Source: a virus
DNA length: 64,000 bases
Strand: one strand, 5' to 3'
Virus record (IMG/VR): IMGVR_UViG_3300026473_000011
Coordinates: 9,411 to 73,410 of that record
The notes below the pieces were generated by a model. The model was not told the origin of the DNA. It was given only the letters and a program-made list of their open reading frames with translations, and ran no database searches. Positions 41,609 to 50,237 of this stretch are shown here, one piece after another. The stretch's first letter is position 1. Every line of letters begins with the position of its first letter. The position numbers and the translations under genes were made by a program.

Positions 41609-42625
41609 TCAGCAGTCCGTGCTGCAGTTGCAATTGCAGTTGCAGTTGCAATTGGTGCGGCAATTGAAGGCTGTGTTGCCGCAATTGCAGTTGGTGTAGC
41701 TTCCACAGTTGCAGTTGCAATTGCAGGCTCGATACCAACGGTGGTACTCGCCGCCACCGATCTCGTCTTGAGCCAGGTAATAACCGTCGTAGTTCCACGC
41801 AATGGATGGGACGGCGTTGTAGGCGTAGGTCGTCCCTCCGACACCGTCGTACTGACCTGAATTCGCACAGTAGTTGAATCCCAGACCCCAGGTCCACCAG
41901 CTGGTATTGGAGGGCTTGAAATAAGCATTGCCTGCGCAATTTCCCGTGGGCAGGATGCCGTTGCAATTGCCTGTCAGGTCGTCGTAGTACTGGTTGCTAC
42001 GTCCCATCTCGCCAATGTCCTGGCCATCGTTCAGTCGATATCCAGTGTTACGTGCGTTGTCTGCAGCACCGGACTGCGATGAATAGATCACAGCACCATT
42101 GGCCATGTACAGCGAGCCGGTCATCGTGTCGCCCGCCTTGGCCAGACGACTCGTGAGGTCAATGGGTACGGTGGCATTGCCAGTGGCATCCGGTGCGTTG
42201 CCATTGACTGAGCGCACGAAGGCCGTGGAGTCATAGCCATCGAGCTTGTCGGCGTCTGCCGCCTTGGCGGTGATTCCTAGGTATGCGGCATTGTGGTTGT
42301 GGCCCAACGAGGCATAAGCCGCATCATGGTTGTGCCCGGCCAATGCAAAGCCGGTCGAGTCGATGCCATCGAGCAAATCTGCATTGGCCACCTTGCCCAC
42401 CGTGGCCGACAGGTCGATGACCATCTTCCAGGAGGCCGGGCTCACCACCGTGAGGATGTAGAGCTTTTGCTCATCGGTCCTGAAGCATGGCATGCCCAGC
42501 TGCAAGTTCACAGTCGGGAATGCCGTTCCACTGCAGAGTGACAAGGCAGTCTTGTCGTTATTCAGGATCTGCGAGAGCGAATCCGAGAGCGTCGTCGAGG
42601 ATGGGATTTCGGTGTAGTTCTGCAT
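41609..42625 (-). CDS. Tail fibre protein with C-terminal Asn-Cys repeat tract
   Basis: ADxLDG repeats, GHNH x2, SVNG and GDTMTG fibre motifs; last 38 aa contain 13 Cys and 12 Asn. Confidence 0.85.
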   Translation of the reverse strand: MQNYTEIPSSTTLSDSLSQILNNDKTALSLCSGTAFPTVNLQLGMPCFRTDEQKLYILTVVSPASWKMVIDLSATVGKVANADLLDGIDSTGFALAGHNHDAAYASLGHNHNAAYLGITAKAADADKLDGYDSTAFVRSVNGNAPDATGNATVPIDLTSRLAKAGDTMTGSLYMANGAVIYSSQSGAADNARNTGYRLNDGQDIGEMGRSNQYYDDLTGNCNGILPTGNCAGNAYFKPSNTSWWTWGLGFNYCANSGQYDGVGGTTYAYNAVPSIAWNYDGYYLAQDEIGGGEYHRWYRACNCNCNCGSYTNCNCGNTAFNCRTNCNCNCNCNCSTDC

Positions 42626-42636
42626 TTGGTTTCTCT

Positions 42637-43827
42637 TCAGTAACCCTGTGCGACCCAGGAGATGGCACCCGTCACGCGGGTGCCGGAGGTGTTTTCAAGA
42701 ACAGCGGTGAAGCCAGTGATGGAGACCGTCCCCAGGATTCGTGGAACGGCGATGGTGGTGCCACCCTTGAAGGTCAGCGTGACTTCGGGTGCCACCCGGA
42801 ACTGCCGGGCAAAGAGCACCACCACGCCACTGGCGGCCGTGACCACCTGCGCCGTACCCCGGTCAAAGACATCGGGCACGTCCACCGTTACGCGCAGGCC
42901 ATCGATGTAGCCCCGGTCTGCATTACTGGAGGTCAGGATTGCCCTGAACAGGGCGCGCTGGTAGGTGTAGTCGCCCTGGATGAAATCCCGGAAGTTGGTG
43001 TACCCGGGCGGATGGCCGGACTCCAGGATGTCCATGAAGTCCTGCTCCGTGATTTCCGTATTGGCCACGATCATGTCGCTGATGACGCCATTGGCCCGGC
43101 GCCGGTATTGCTCGGCAAGGTTCAGCGCTTCACTGAGCTTCAGAGTCTGGGCCCGCCGCAGTGCCTCGGCGATGGCAAAGCCTTCGCTGATGGCCAGGCG
43201 GTAGGCAACCGTGCGCCCCAGCGCCTCGGCAAAAGCGAACGACTCCGAGACCCGTTTGACCTGCGAGCGGGCCAACGCATCACTCATGGCAAAGCTCTCG
43301 CCCTGCGGCTTGGTCAAGGCCTTGGCTGGCTTTTCTGCAAAGTTCAGGTTTTCTGCAACCCGCAGGATGTAGGCAATGAGGTCCGTGTAGGTCTCGGCCA
43401 GCGCCAGCGATTCAAACTTGCGGAGCACCAGTTGCCTCGCCAGCTCTTCGGCCACCTGAAACACCTCGAACACAGCCTTGGTGCCAGAGCGGGCGTACTT
43501 CTCGGCGAAGGTCAGCGACTCCACAAAGCGCAGCACGAAGGCGATCAGGTCGGTGTAGGTCTCCACAAAATTCAGCGTCTCGAACTTGCTGAGGGTCACC
43601 GCACGGCTGGCTTTTTCCGAGAAACTCAGGCCCTCGGAGCTGCTCTTGATGCCCAACTTCTGGACCAACTCGACAAAACTCAGGTCCGTGGCCACGCTCA
43701 GGGCGTAGACCGCTGGATAGGCACTTGACCAGTTCTTGCCTGCCGTGGCGCTGCTCCAGGCGAACTTTCCCGAGGTCCAGTTGTAGTTCGCCCCCGGGGC
43801 GCTGGAGACGTTGACAGTCTCGGCCAT
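42637..43827 (-). CDS. Tail-associated protein with internal repeats
   Basis: Repeated ETYTDLIA and E-x-F/L-x-F/L-x-E units; located between J and the fibre. Confidence 0.7.
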   Translation of the reverse strand: MAETVNVSSAPGANYNWTSGKFAWSSATAGKNWSSAYPAVYALSVATDLSFVELVQKLGIKSSSEGLSFSEKASRAVTLSKFETLNFVETYTDLIAFVLRFVESLTFAEKYARSGTKAVFEVFQVAEELARQLVLRKFESLALAETYTDLIAYILRVAENLNFAEKPAKALTKPQGESFAMSDALARSQVKRVSESFAFAEALGRTVAYRLAISEGFAIAEALRRAQTLKLSEALNLAEQYRRRANGVISDMIVANTEITEQDFMDILESGHPPGYTNFRDFIQGDYTYQRALFRAILTSSNADRGYIDGLRVTVDVPDVFDRGTAQVVTAASGVVVLFARQFRVAPEVTLTFKGGTTIAVPRILGTVSITGFTAVLENTSGTRVTGAISWVAQGY

Positions 43828-43840
43828 CTCACGCGCCCGA

Positions 43841-44287
43841 TCAGCTCATGGTGAAGGTGAAGACGGCCGTGAGGCTGTCATCAACCCCCTTGTTGACCAC
43901 CGGAAAAACCACCCTGTCGAACATGATGCCCGCTGCAGCCGCATTGAAGACCCCCGCCTCCGTGAGAGCCCCGGTGGCGTCGCCTGCCGCATAGCTGGCC
44001 GTGAAGGTGAACACCTTGGTGCCAGCGGTGTGGGCGTAAGTGGCCACGTTGCGCTTGATCTCGGTCACCAGCGCCGTCTGCGTGGCGGCAGCAGCGGTGG
44101 TGCCAGTGCCCACCGCGATCCAGCCCATGACGCCCGGGCGGCTGCCCGCGTTGCCAATGGCGTCGGCCACAAAGTCGAAGCCGCCATTGACAATGATGTT
44201 GTCCTTGTGGACCACTTCGACCTCGCCCGTGGGCTTGGCCAGCACCAGCGTAATCGAGCCTTTGATGCTCATGCCCTCTTCCATCAT
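43841..44287 (-). CDS. Virion tail-associated protein
   Basis: IAVGTGTT, LTEAGVFN motifs typical of tail/collar proteins. Confidence 0.7.
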   Translation of the reverse strand: MMEEGMSIKGSITLVLAKPTGEVEVVHKDNIIVNGGFDFVADAIGNAGSRPGVMGWIAVGTGTTAAAATQTALVTEIKRNVATYAHTAGTKVFTFTASYAAGDATGALTEAGVFNAAAAGIMFDRVVFPVVNKGVDDSLTAVFTFTMS

Positions 44288-44371
44288 GGGTCATTCCCTT
44301 TCTTTGGGGTTTGCAAATGAAATGGGCGCCACACCTTGCGATGCAGCGCCCGTGTTTGGGGAATTCCCCGT

Positions 44372-47300
44372 TCAATAAAGCTTGAGTGCCGTGTATCCGG
44401 CCGTGGGTGCCAGTGCCTTGCTGGCACTTTGCACATCACCGCCCATCTTTCCGACAAAGAGCCTGCGCTCGGTGGCCGTCTGGCATACGCCCAGGCAGAT
44501 CCGGTCGCTGACGTTCACGGGGTATGGCACCACGATTCGGTTAAAGAGCTGGTCCTCCAGGAAGAAGGAACCCGCCACCGCATCGAAGCCAACCAGCAGG
44601 CTCACACCCGTGCCAGTGGCAGTCCAGATGACCGAGGTGGTGATCTGGTTGGGGATGAACCAGAAACTCACATGGAAGATGCCGGGGATGCTCACGGCCC
44701 AGGAAACCCTGGTCGTGTCCTTGACCAGCACCCCGCTGCCGTAGCGCCCGTCGCCATAGCTCACCCCAACGGCTTCCCCGCCACCCGGACTACCGTACCC
44801 CGACAGCGCCCCGTTGAGGCGCCAGCCGTACAGTTCGTCTGCCTGCAGCGCATCCTCACGCGCCATCTGAAACCGCGCCTCGATGCTCTTGAGCGCACCG
44901 TCGTAGGTCCACTGCCGCTTGGCCGCATTGCTGCTCCAGACGTAGTTGGCCGTCAACCAAGTCTCCCGGTCGTCCAGCGTGGCCCCGATGCTGGCCAGCA
45001 GCGTGTTCTGCGCCCGGTAGCTGGTGGGCAGGTTCACCTCGAAGAGGTACTCCGACTGCGTCACACCGCTGTCCATGCGCAGCACATCCTCACTGTTGAC
45101 CGACTCGACCGAGGCAAAGTGCTTCACACCGGGGAACCGGGTAGCCTGCGCATCGATGGTCACCAGCAGGTTGGCGTTTTGCGGCTGGGCCACCACGGTG
45201 GAGACAAAGGTAGCCTCATCCGAGTAGATGCCGGGCGATGCGATCGCCTTGATCCAGAAACTGCGCTCACCGTCAAAGCCCGAGGGCAGCGTGAAGCTGC
45301 TGGACTTGACCTCGGCAATGAAGATCGAGGTGTCCCAGGCTGTGCCTTCGCGCAGCTCATAGGCCACCACCTCCGGCTCGGCATTAGGCAGCCACCGAAA
45401 CTCCAGCCGGTTGGCCGACTGCACCACGTCGAACTGTCGCACCGACGCAGGAGCCAGCAGAGTCAACAGAAAGGTGGTGACGTGCTGGCTGTACTTTCCA
45501 GAGGTGTCGAAGGCCCGGATGAAGTAGTTGTACTGGCCCGATTCGCTCTGGTCATGCACGAGTTGGGTGCCAGCGGTCTGCCCAACCAGAGTACCCGCAT
45601 CCCAGCCCGTGCCAACGCGAACCTCGTACCCGGCCAGATCGGCATCGGTGTTGGCGCTCCAGCTCAGCAGCAGATCGCTCGTGCGGCGCAGGACCACAAA
45701 GTCCTGCACATCATCGGGCGGCTGCAGCTTGCCCAGGATGGTCTGGCTCAGGGTGGCCGAGGCTCCAAGCTTGCCGGAGACCCCCACCGCCCTCACCGTG
45801 AACACATAGTCCCCGGTGTCGGCGTTGCGGACTTCCAGATAGGTGCCAGAGACCCGAGGCAAGGTGACGGTGTTGCCGCCATTGACCCGATAGCTCACCT
45901 GGTACTCCAGAGACCCGAATACCTGCTCCCAGCCCACCTGGATGAGCACGAGGGCCTGGTCTTTGACACGGTACAGGCTCTCGGTGACTGCCAGCCCCGT
46001 GGGGGCCAACGGCGTGGTGGAAAGCACCGTGATGTCCCGTGGCTGCAGGGCCAGACCCTGCTCGATCGCGCCGTACTTTTCCGGGTTGTGAGCCAGTGCC
46101 GTCACTTCGTGGATGCCCGGCTCGCTTTCGGCGACCTGCACCACCCTGAACAGTTGGACGTCGACCTGCGTGGAGGCCAGCACCCAGATGGCCCCCACCT
46201 GTGGGGCCGTGGAAAAAACACTGGTCACGCCGACCGTGCGGCCAGACAGGGAGCCGACTTGGCGCTCCTCCACTGACCCCGTGGGCAACACCACCGAGAT
46301 GCGCCAGGAACCTGTCGGCAAATCCTGGTCCAGCGTGACGCTGGTGGTGGCGGCTGCCGCGATACGACCACCCAGCCTCAAGCCACCACGGCTGACATCT
46401 GCCACCTTGATCACATCACCCGGGCGCACCACTGCACCTTCGAGCCCGGTGCGGAAGGTGATGATTTCCGATTCGGACTGCTCCGAATACAGCAGCCACT
46501 TGCCCACCCGGTTGGCCTGGCCCCGGGAGGTGCAACCCATGGCCACAACATCGGCCTGCACAACGCCGTAGCGGGCAATACCCGCCATGTCCTCGACGTA
46601 TTCCACCTTCTGGCGGTAGAAGTCATCCGGGTCGGTCCAGCTGACCAGGGCTACGGTGTGCCGTGCTTTGGCTGAGGACCCCTGGTAGGCGAATTCGCCA
46701 TCGATCACATTGGCGGCCGTGAACTGGTAGACCGGATCCTGCGGCGCATCCTGGGTGACGGTGATGGCACCGCCCGACCAGTAAGCCATGCCCCGGAAGA
46801 TCGAGGCCATGTCCTGCACCACTTTGTAGGCCTGCTCGCGGCTTTGCAGGTACAGGTTGCAGGTGAAGCGCGGCTCATAGCCGCCCAGGCCATTGGGAAC
46901 CAGCTCGTCACAGTAACGAGCCACCCGGTACAGCGCCCACTTGTCCACCTGCGACTCGGGAATGAAGCTGCCCAGTCCGTAGCGGGTACTGGTCACCAGG
47001 TCATAGAAACACCAGGCCGGGTTGTCCGTCCAGGCCACCTTGAAGGTGCCGTCCCAAACCCCGGCATACGACCGGGTCTCGGGGAAGTAGTTCGAGGGGA
47101 TCCGAACGCGCAGGAGCTTCAAGTCATAGCTGCGCCTTGGGATCGAGGTGAATTGGGATGCATCCACCCGCAGGGCCATCAGGGCGCTGTTTGGGTAGCG
47201 CAGCTTGCTCTCGATGACCTCGGTGTAGGACTCCAGAAACGTCTTGTTCTGCAGGCTGGTCTGGGTCGAGTCGGCCGTGATGCGGCGCAGACGCACATCC

Positions 47301-47881
47301 CAGGGGCCCGTGCCAGTCAACGGGATGTAGTAACTGCGCTGGTAGCGGGAAGTGGTTTTTCCCGAGACCGTGTCCGAGAGAACCTGCACAAAGCCTGCGC
47401 CGTGCGCCTGCACATCGATGGCGTAGCTGACCGAGGTGCCGTTCAAGTCTCCGTTTGTCGTGTCCTGCAGCGTCAGGGTCGGGATGCTGACCTTGATGCG
47501 CACGGCATCCACATCCGGGTCGTTGATGGTTCGCACCACCGGCTGGTTGGCCTTGCATTCGACCCCCACGGCCACCTCGTTTTCGACTGAAGAAAAGCCA
47601 GGGATGTAGCCTTGCTGCTGGGTGCCGGGACGGGTTTCGAGCGTGACGCCCGTGAAGTTGTAGCTGCCATCGGGATTCTGGATCGGGGTGTCGTCCAGGT
47701 AGACCGACTGCAAGTCAGCGGCCAAGCCTTCGATCTCCCCCTCGCAGACGAGGTCCACCACCCGGGCATAGGCCTTGGAGCGCAGGCTGTCGGGCGCTTC
47801 CTGCGCCACACGGGCGCTGCCGCCACCACTCTTGCCACCACCTCCTGCGCCGATGATCAGAGAAGCGCCATGGGTGCTCAT
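44372..47881 (-). CDS. Host specificity/central tail tip protein (lambda J-like)
   Basis: EGEIEGL, WTDNPAW, EPRFTCN, FnIII-like repeats. Confidence 0.93.
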   Translation of the reverse strand: MSTHGASLIIGAGGGGKSGGGSARVAQEAPDSLRSKAYARVVDLVCEGEIEGLAADLQSVYLDDTPIQNPDGSYNFTGVTLETRPGTQQQGYIPGFSSVENEVAVGVECKANQPVVRTINDPDVDAVRIKVSIPTLTLQDTTNGDLNGTSVSYAIDVQAHGAGFVQVLSDTVSGKTTSRYQRSYYIPLTGTGPWDVRLRRITADSTQTSLQNKTFLESYTEVIESKLRYPNSALMALRVDASQFTSIPRRSYDLKLLRVRIPSNYFPETRSYAGVWDGTFKVAWTDNPAWCFYDLVTSTRYGLGSFIPESQVDKWALYRVARYCDELVPNGLGGYEPRFTCNLYLQSREQAYKVVQDMASIFRGMAYWSGGAITVTQDAPQDPVYQFTAANVIDGEFAYQGSSAKARHTVALVSWTDPDDFYRQKVEYVEDMAGIARYGVVQADVVAMGCTSRGQANRVGKWLLYSEQSESEIITFRTGLEGAVVRPGDVIKVADVSRGGLRLGGRIAAAATTSVTLDQDLPTGSWRISVVLPTGSVEERQVGSLSGRTVGVTSVFSTAPQVGAIWVLASTQVDVQLFRVVQVAESEPGIHEVTALAHNPEKYGAIEQGLALQPRDITVLSTTPLAPTGLAVTESLYRVKDQALVLIQVGWEQVFGSLEYQVSYRVNGGNTVTLPRVSGTYLEVRNADTGDYVFTVRAVGVSGKLGASATLSQTILGKLQPPDDVQDFVVLRRTSDLLLSWSANTDADLAGYEVRVGTGWDAGTLVGQTAGTQLVHDQSESGQYNYFIRAFDTSGKYSQHVTTFLLTLLAPASVRQFDVVQSANRLEFRWLPNAEPEVVAYELREGTAWDTSIFIAEVKSSSFTLPSGFDGERSFWIKAIASPGIYSDEATFVSTVVAQPQNANLLVTIDAQATRFPGVKHFASVESVNSEDVLRMDSGVTQSEYLFEVNLPTSYRAQNTLLASIGATLDDRETWLTANYVWSSNAAKRQWTYDGALKSIEARFQMAREDALQADELYGWRLNGALSGYGSPGGGEAVGVSYGDGRYGSGVLVKDTTRVSWAVSIPGIFHVSFWFIPNQITTSVIWTATGTGVSLLVGFDAVAGSFFLEDQLFNRIVVPYPVNVSDRICLGVCQTATERRLFVGKMGGDVQSASKALAPTAGYTALKLY

Positions 47882-48471
47882 ATCGGGATCTCATCCACAT
47901 CAATGCCCGCGCTGATCACGGCCGAACCGACGATGAGGCGGCCGTAGCCCACCGGTACAGGGTGTCCCTGCGCCGTGGTGTTGACCGCCCCGTTGAAGAC
48001 ATAACTGGGCTGGTTGCCTGGGCGCTCGGACGGGTCCTGCGCCTTGGCCGTTGGAGCAATCATCTGGGCCACACCACCCAAAATCATGGAAGTGCCCACC
48101 GAATACAGCGTGGCCTGAGACAGAAATGAACCTGCTGCGGCCCAGCCCATCGGGTTCCACCATGACACGGCGATCAGCGCAGCACCCAAAAGAATCTGGC
48201 CCAGACCGTTGCCTCCTGCCCCGGATACGACCGGGGCGATGGTGATGCGTTGCTGGCCACTGGGCTCGTGCAACCGGTCCAGGCTCAAAGCATCACGCCC
48301 GGCCAGTACCCGGTAGCCCACCCCGCGCTCACCCGAGGCCACCAGCTCCCGCTCGAAGCCGGAAAAGTTGGCACAGAGGGCTCGCACGGCCTCGGCGGCT
48401 GAAGCCACCGCCATCTTGTGGCGTCGCCCGAAGCGCTTGCCCAGTTCACCGAGAAGAAGGATCGTGACCAT
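47878..48471 (-). CDS. Tail assembly protein (lambda I-like)
   Basis: LGKRFGR, NTTAQGHPVPVGYG. Confidence 0.9.
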   Translation of the reverse strand: MVTILLLGELGKRFGRRHKMAVASAAEAVRALCANFSGFERELVASGERGVGYRVLAGRDALSLDRLHEPSGQQRITIAPVVSGAGGNGLGQILLGAALIAVSWWNPMGWAAAGSFLSQATLYSVGTSMILGGVAQMIAPTAKAQDPSERPGNQPSYVFNGAVNTTAQGHPVPVGYGRLIVGSAVISAGIDVDEIPI

Positions 48472-49177
48472 GCAAGAACTCGTGTCTCAGTGTGTGGGTG
48501 GTGATCTTTTGCCAATAGCCGCCATAGACATCGCGACTGGAGAGTCTTCCCTGCAGGTGGTGCAGGATCAGACCATCGCCCAGGTAAATGGCCGCGTGAT
48601 TCGGTACAGGCGAAGCCACCTGCATGAGCAGCACGTCCCCGACGTCCATGTCGTCTGAACTCACAGCAGAGAACCCTGCTGTTTCAAAGTTGTCCAAATA
48701 GAGATTCCCGCCGCGCTTCCACCACTCGTCAAACCGGGTGAAGTCCGGCAGATCAATGCCCCGCTCCTGGTCATACCAGTCCCGGATCAGGGAGTAGCAG
48801 TCGAGCACGCCATGGGCCCACTCGCGCCCAACCAAGGGAGCAACGTAGCCCTGAGGCTGCAACTCGATCCACTGACTGGCCGGGAAACTCACGATGAACC
48901 AGGGCAGTGCCGTGGCCTCGCATGCCACACGGTCAGCCTGACTGGGTTCGGCAGGCAAATTCGGGTGGGAGTGAAACACCCCCACGATCTCGCCAAGCTG
49001 GTCAGCGCGCACATAGTCCTCGGGGTGGATCACGAACTGATCCGTCCCCACGCCGATGTTGCGGCACGGGACATAGGTCTCACGGCCCTTGCGGATGACC
49101 AGCAGGCCACAGGCCTCGCGGGGAAACTCCCGCGCAGCGTGGGCCAGCGCCAGCGTCTGGTTAACTTCAAGCATCAT
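48446..49177 (-). CDS. Tail tip protein K-like (JAB + NlpC/P60)
   Basis: EACG, HSHP, DCY, NHAAIYLG. Confidence 0.92.
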   Translation of the reverse strand: MMLEVNQTLALAHAAREFPREACGLLVIRKGRETYVPCRNIGVGTDQFVIHPEDYVRADQLGEIVGVFHSHPNLPAEPSQADRVACEATALPWFIVSFPASQWIELQPQGYVAPLVGREWAHGVLDCYSLIRDWYDQERGIDLPDFTRFDEWWKRGGNLYLDNFETAGFSAVSSDDMDVGDVLLMQVASPVPNHAAIYLGDGLILHHLQGRLSSRDVYGGYWQKITTHTLRHEFLHGHDPSSR

Positions 49178-49878
49178 CGGATCAACCCCGCTGCAGGAAA
49201 CCCGCCGAAGGGCAGCTCGGCATTTGCCCCAAAGCGTTTCTGGCAGGAGATCAGGCGTTTGCCACAGGCGTCCTGCGCACGCGAGCTCACGGTCTCGTCA
49301 TTGGCATTGAAGTACGCGGTGCCGCTGTAGCCGCACTCCGATCCACGGTACTGCCAAGGGCAGACGTTCTGCACGATCTGACGCCGGGGCAGCGACACCC
49401 CTTCCAGATCAAAGGCAGCGGCCAATTCGAACTCGACCACATCGCGGGTTTCTCGCGACTTTCGGTCAATGAAATACACATCGTCGGCAAACTCGGCTGA
49501 AGGGTCGGCCGTGGGGTTGGCGCCTGAGGCAAAGTTCACCGCATCCAGGTACTTCAAGAGCGTGCGCTTGCGGGTGACCTTGGCCCCCACCAGGTCCTGG
49601 TAGGACAGGATGAGCGCGGTGATACTGCCCGTGACGTTGGCCACCTTGAGCTTGGGGCGCGGCACCTGGCCGTTGCCGTTGAACTCGAAGCCTTCGGCCT
49701 GGATGGGGAACGGCTCATAGGTGTTGCCCTGCCAGACCACCTGGCGGCGCAGCTCGTTGGTTCCTGCATGAAACCGCACCACCCCCTCGTTGAAGAGAGC
49801 GAGGTCCAGTACAAAGAGCTCGATGACCGCACTCGGAGCCAGCTTCTGAATTTCTGAGGTGATCGATTGGCTGGTCAT
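49174..49878 (-). CDS. Minor tail protein L-like
   Basis: CPWQYRGSECGY...CGK...C.RFG. Confidence 0.93.
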   Translation of the reverse strand: MTSQSITSEIQKLAPSAVIELFVLDLALFNEGVVRFHAGTNELRRQVVWQGNTYEPFPIQAEGFEFNGNGQVPRPKLKVANVTGSITALILSYQDLVGAKVTRKRTLLKYLDAVNFASGANPTADPSAEFADDVYFIDRKSRETRDVVEFELAAAFDLEGVSLPRRQIVQNVCPWQYRGSECGYSGTAYFNANDETVSSRAQDACGKRLISCQKRFGANAELPFGGFPAAGLIR

Positions 49879-50213
49879 GACAGATCAAACACCTGCCGGA
49901 AAGTGGCGTGGATGTTTTCCAGATTGGGTTCTTCGATGCTGCGGCTCCATTCCTCGCAGAGGAACTTGCCCGCAATGCCGCTTGGGGTGGTCCAGTCAAA
50001 GGACTGCACCGCGCCCCGTGCGCGCAGAAAGTTGTCGATCGCAGCCGCGTCTGCCGTGGACTTGCCCCGAAACTCGAGCGACCAGACCTCGGGCTGGGTG
50101 TTGATACCGTAGGCCAGGCGCTGCTCGTACCCGTCCCCAAAGGAAACCTTGCGGACATTGGGTTTGACGGTGAGGGATGCCCCGATCGAGGCGATCCATG
50201 TGAATGTCGCCAT
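49875..50213 (-). CDS. Minor tail protein M-like
   Basis: FGDGYEQR, FDWTTP. Confidence 0.9.
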   Translation of the reverse strand: MATFTWIASIGASLTVKPNVRKVSFGDGYEQRLAYGINTQPEVWSLEFRGKSTADAAAIDNFLRARGAVQSFDWTTPSGIAGKFLCEEWSRSIEEPNLENIHATFRQVFDLS

Positions 50214-50237
50214 ACTGGCCTCTCAGTTCTTTTCCAA

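Noticed and set aside
41609-41900. DGR variable or template repeat at the AAC-rich fibre 3' end
   Set aside because: No reverse transcriptase and no second near-identical copy seen in the window; the Asn codons are explained by the NC motif.
41598-41966. LQLQLQ N-terminal extension of the 390-aa ORF and ATATA ORF 41590..41928
   Set aside because: Alternate-frame readings of the NC repeat; the real downstream start is ATG 41597 with an RBS.
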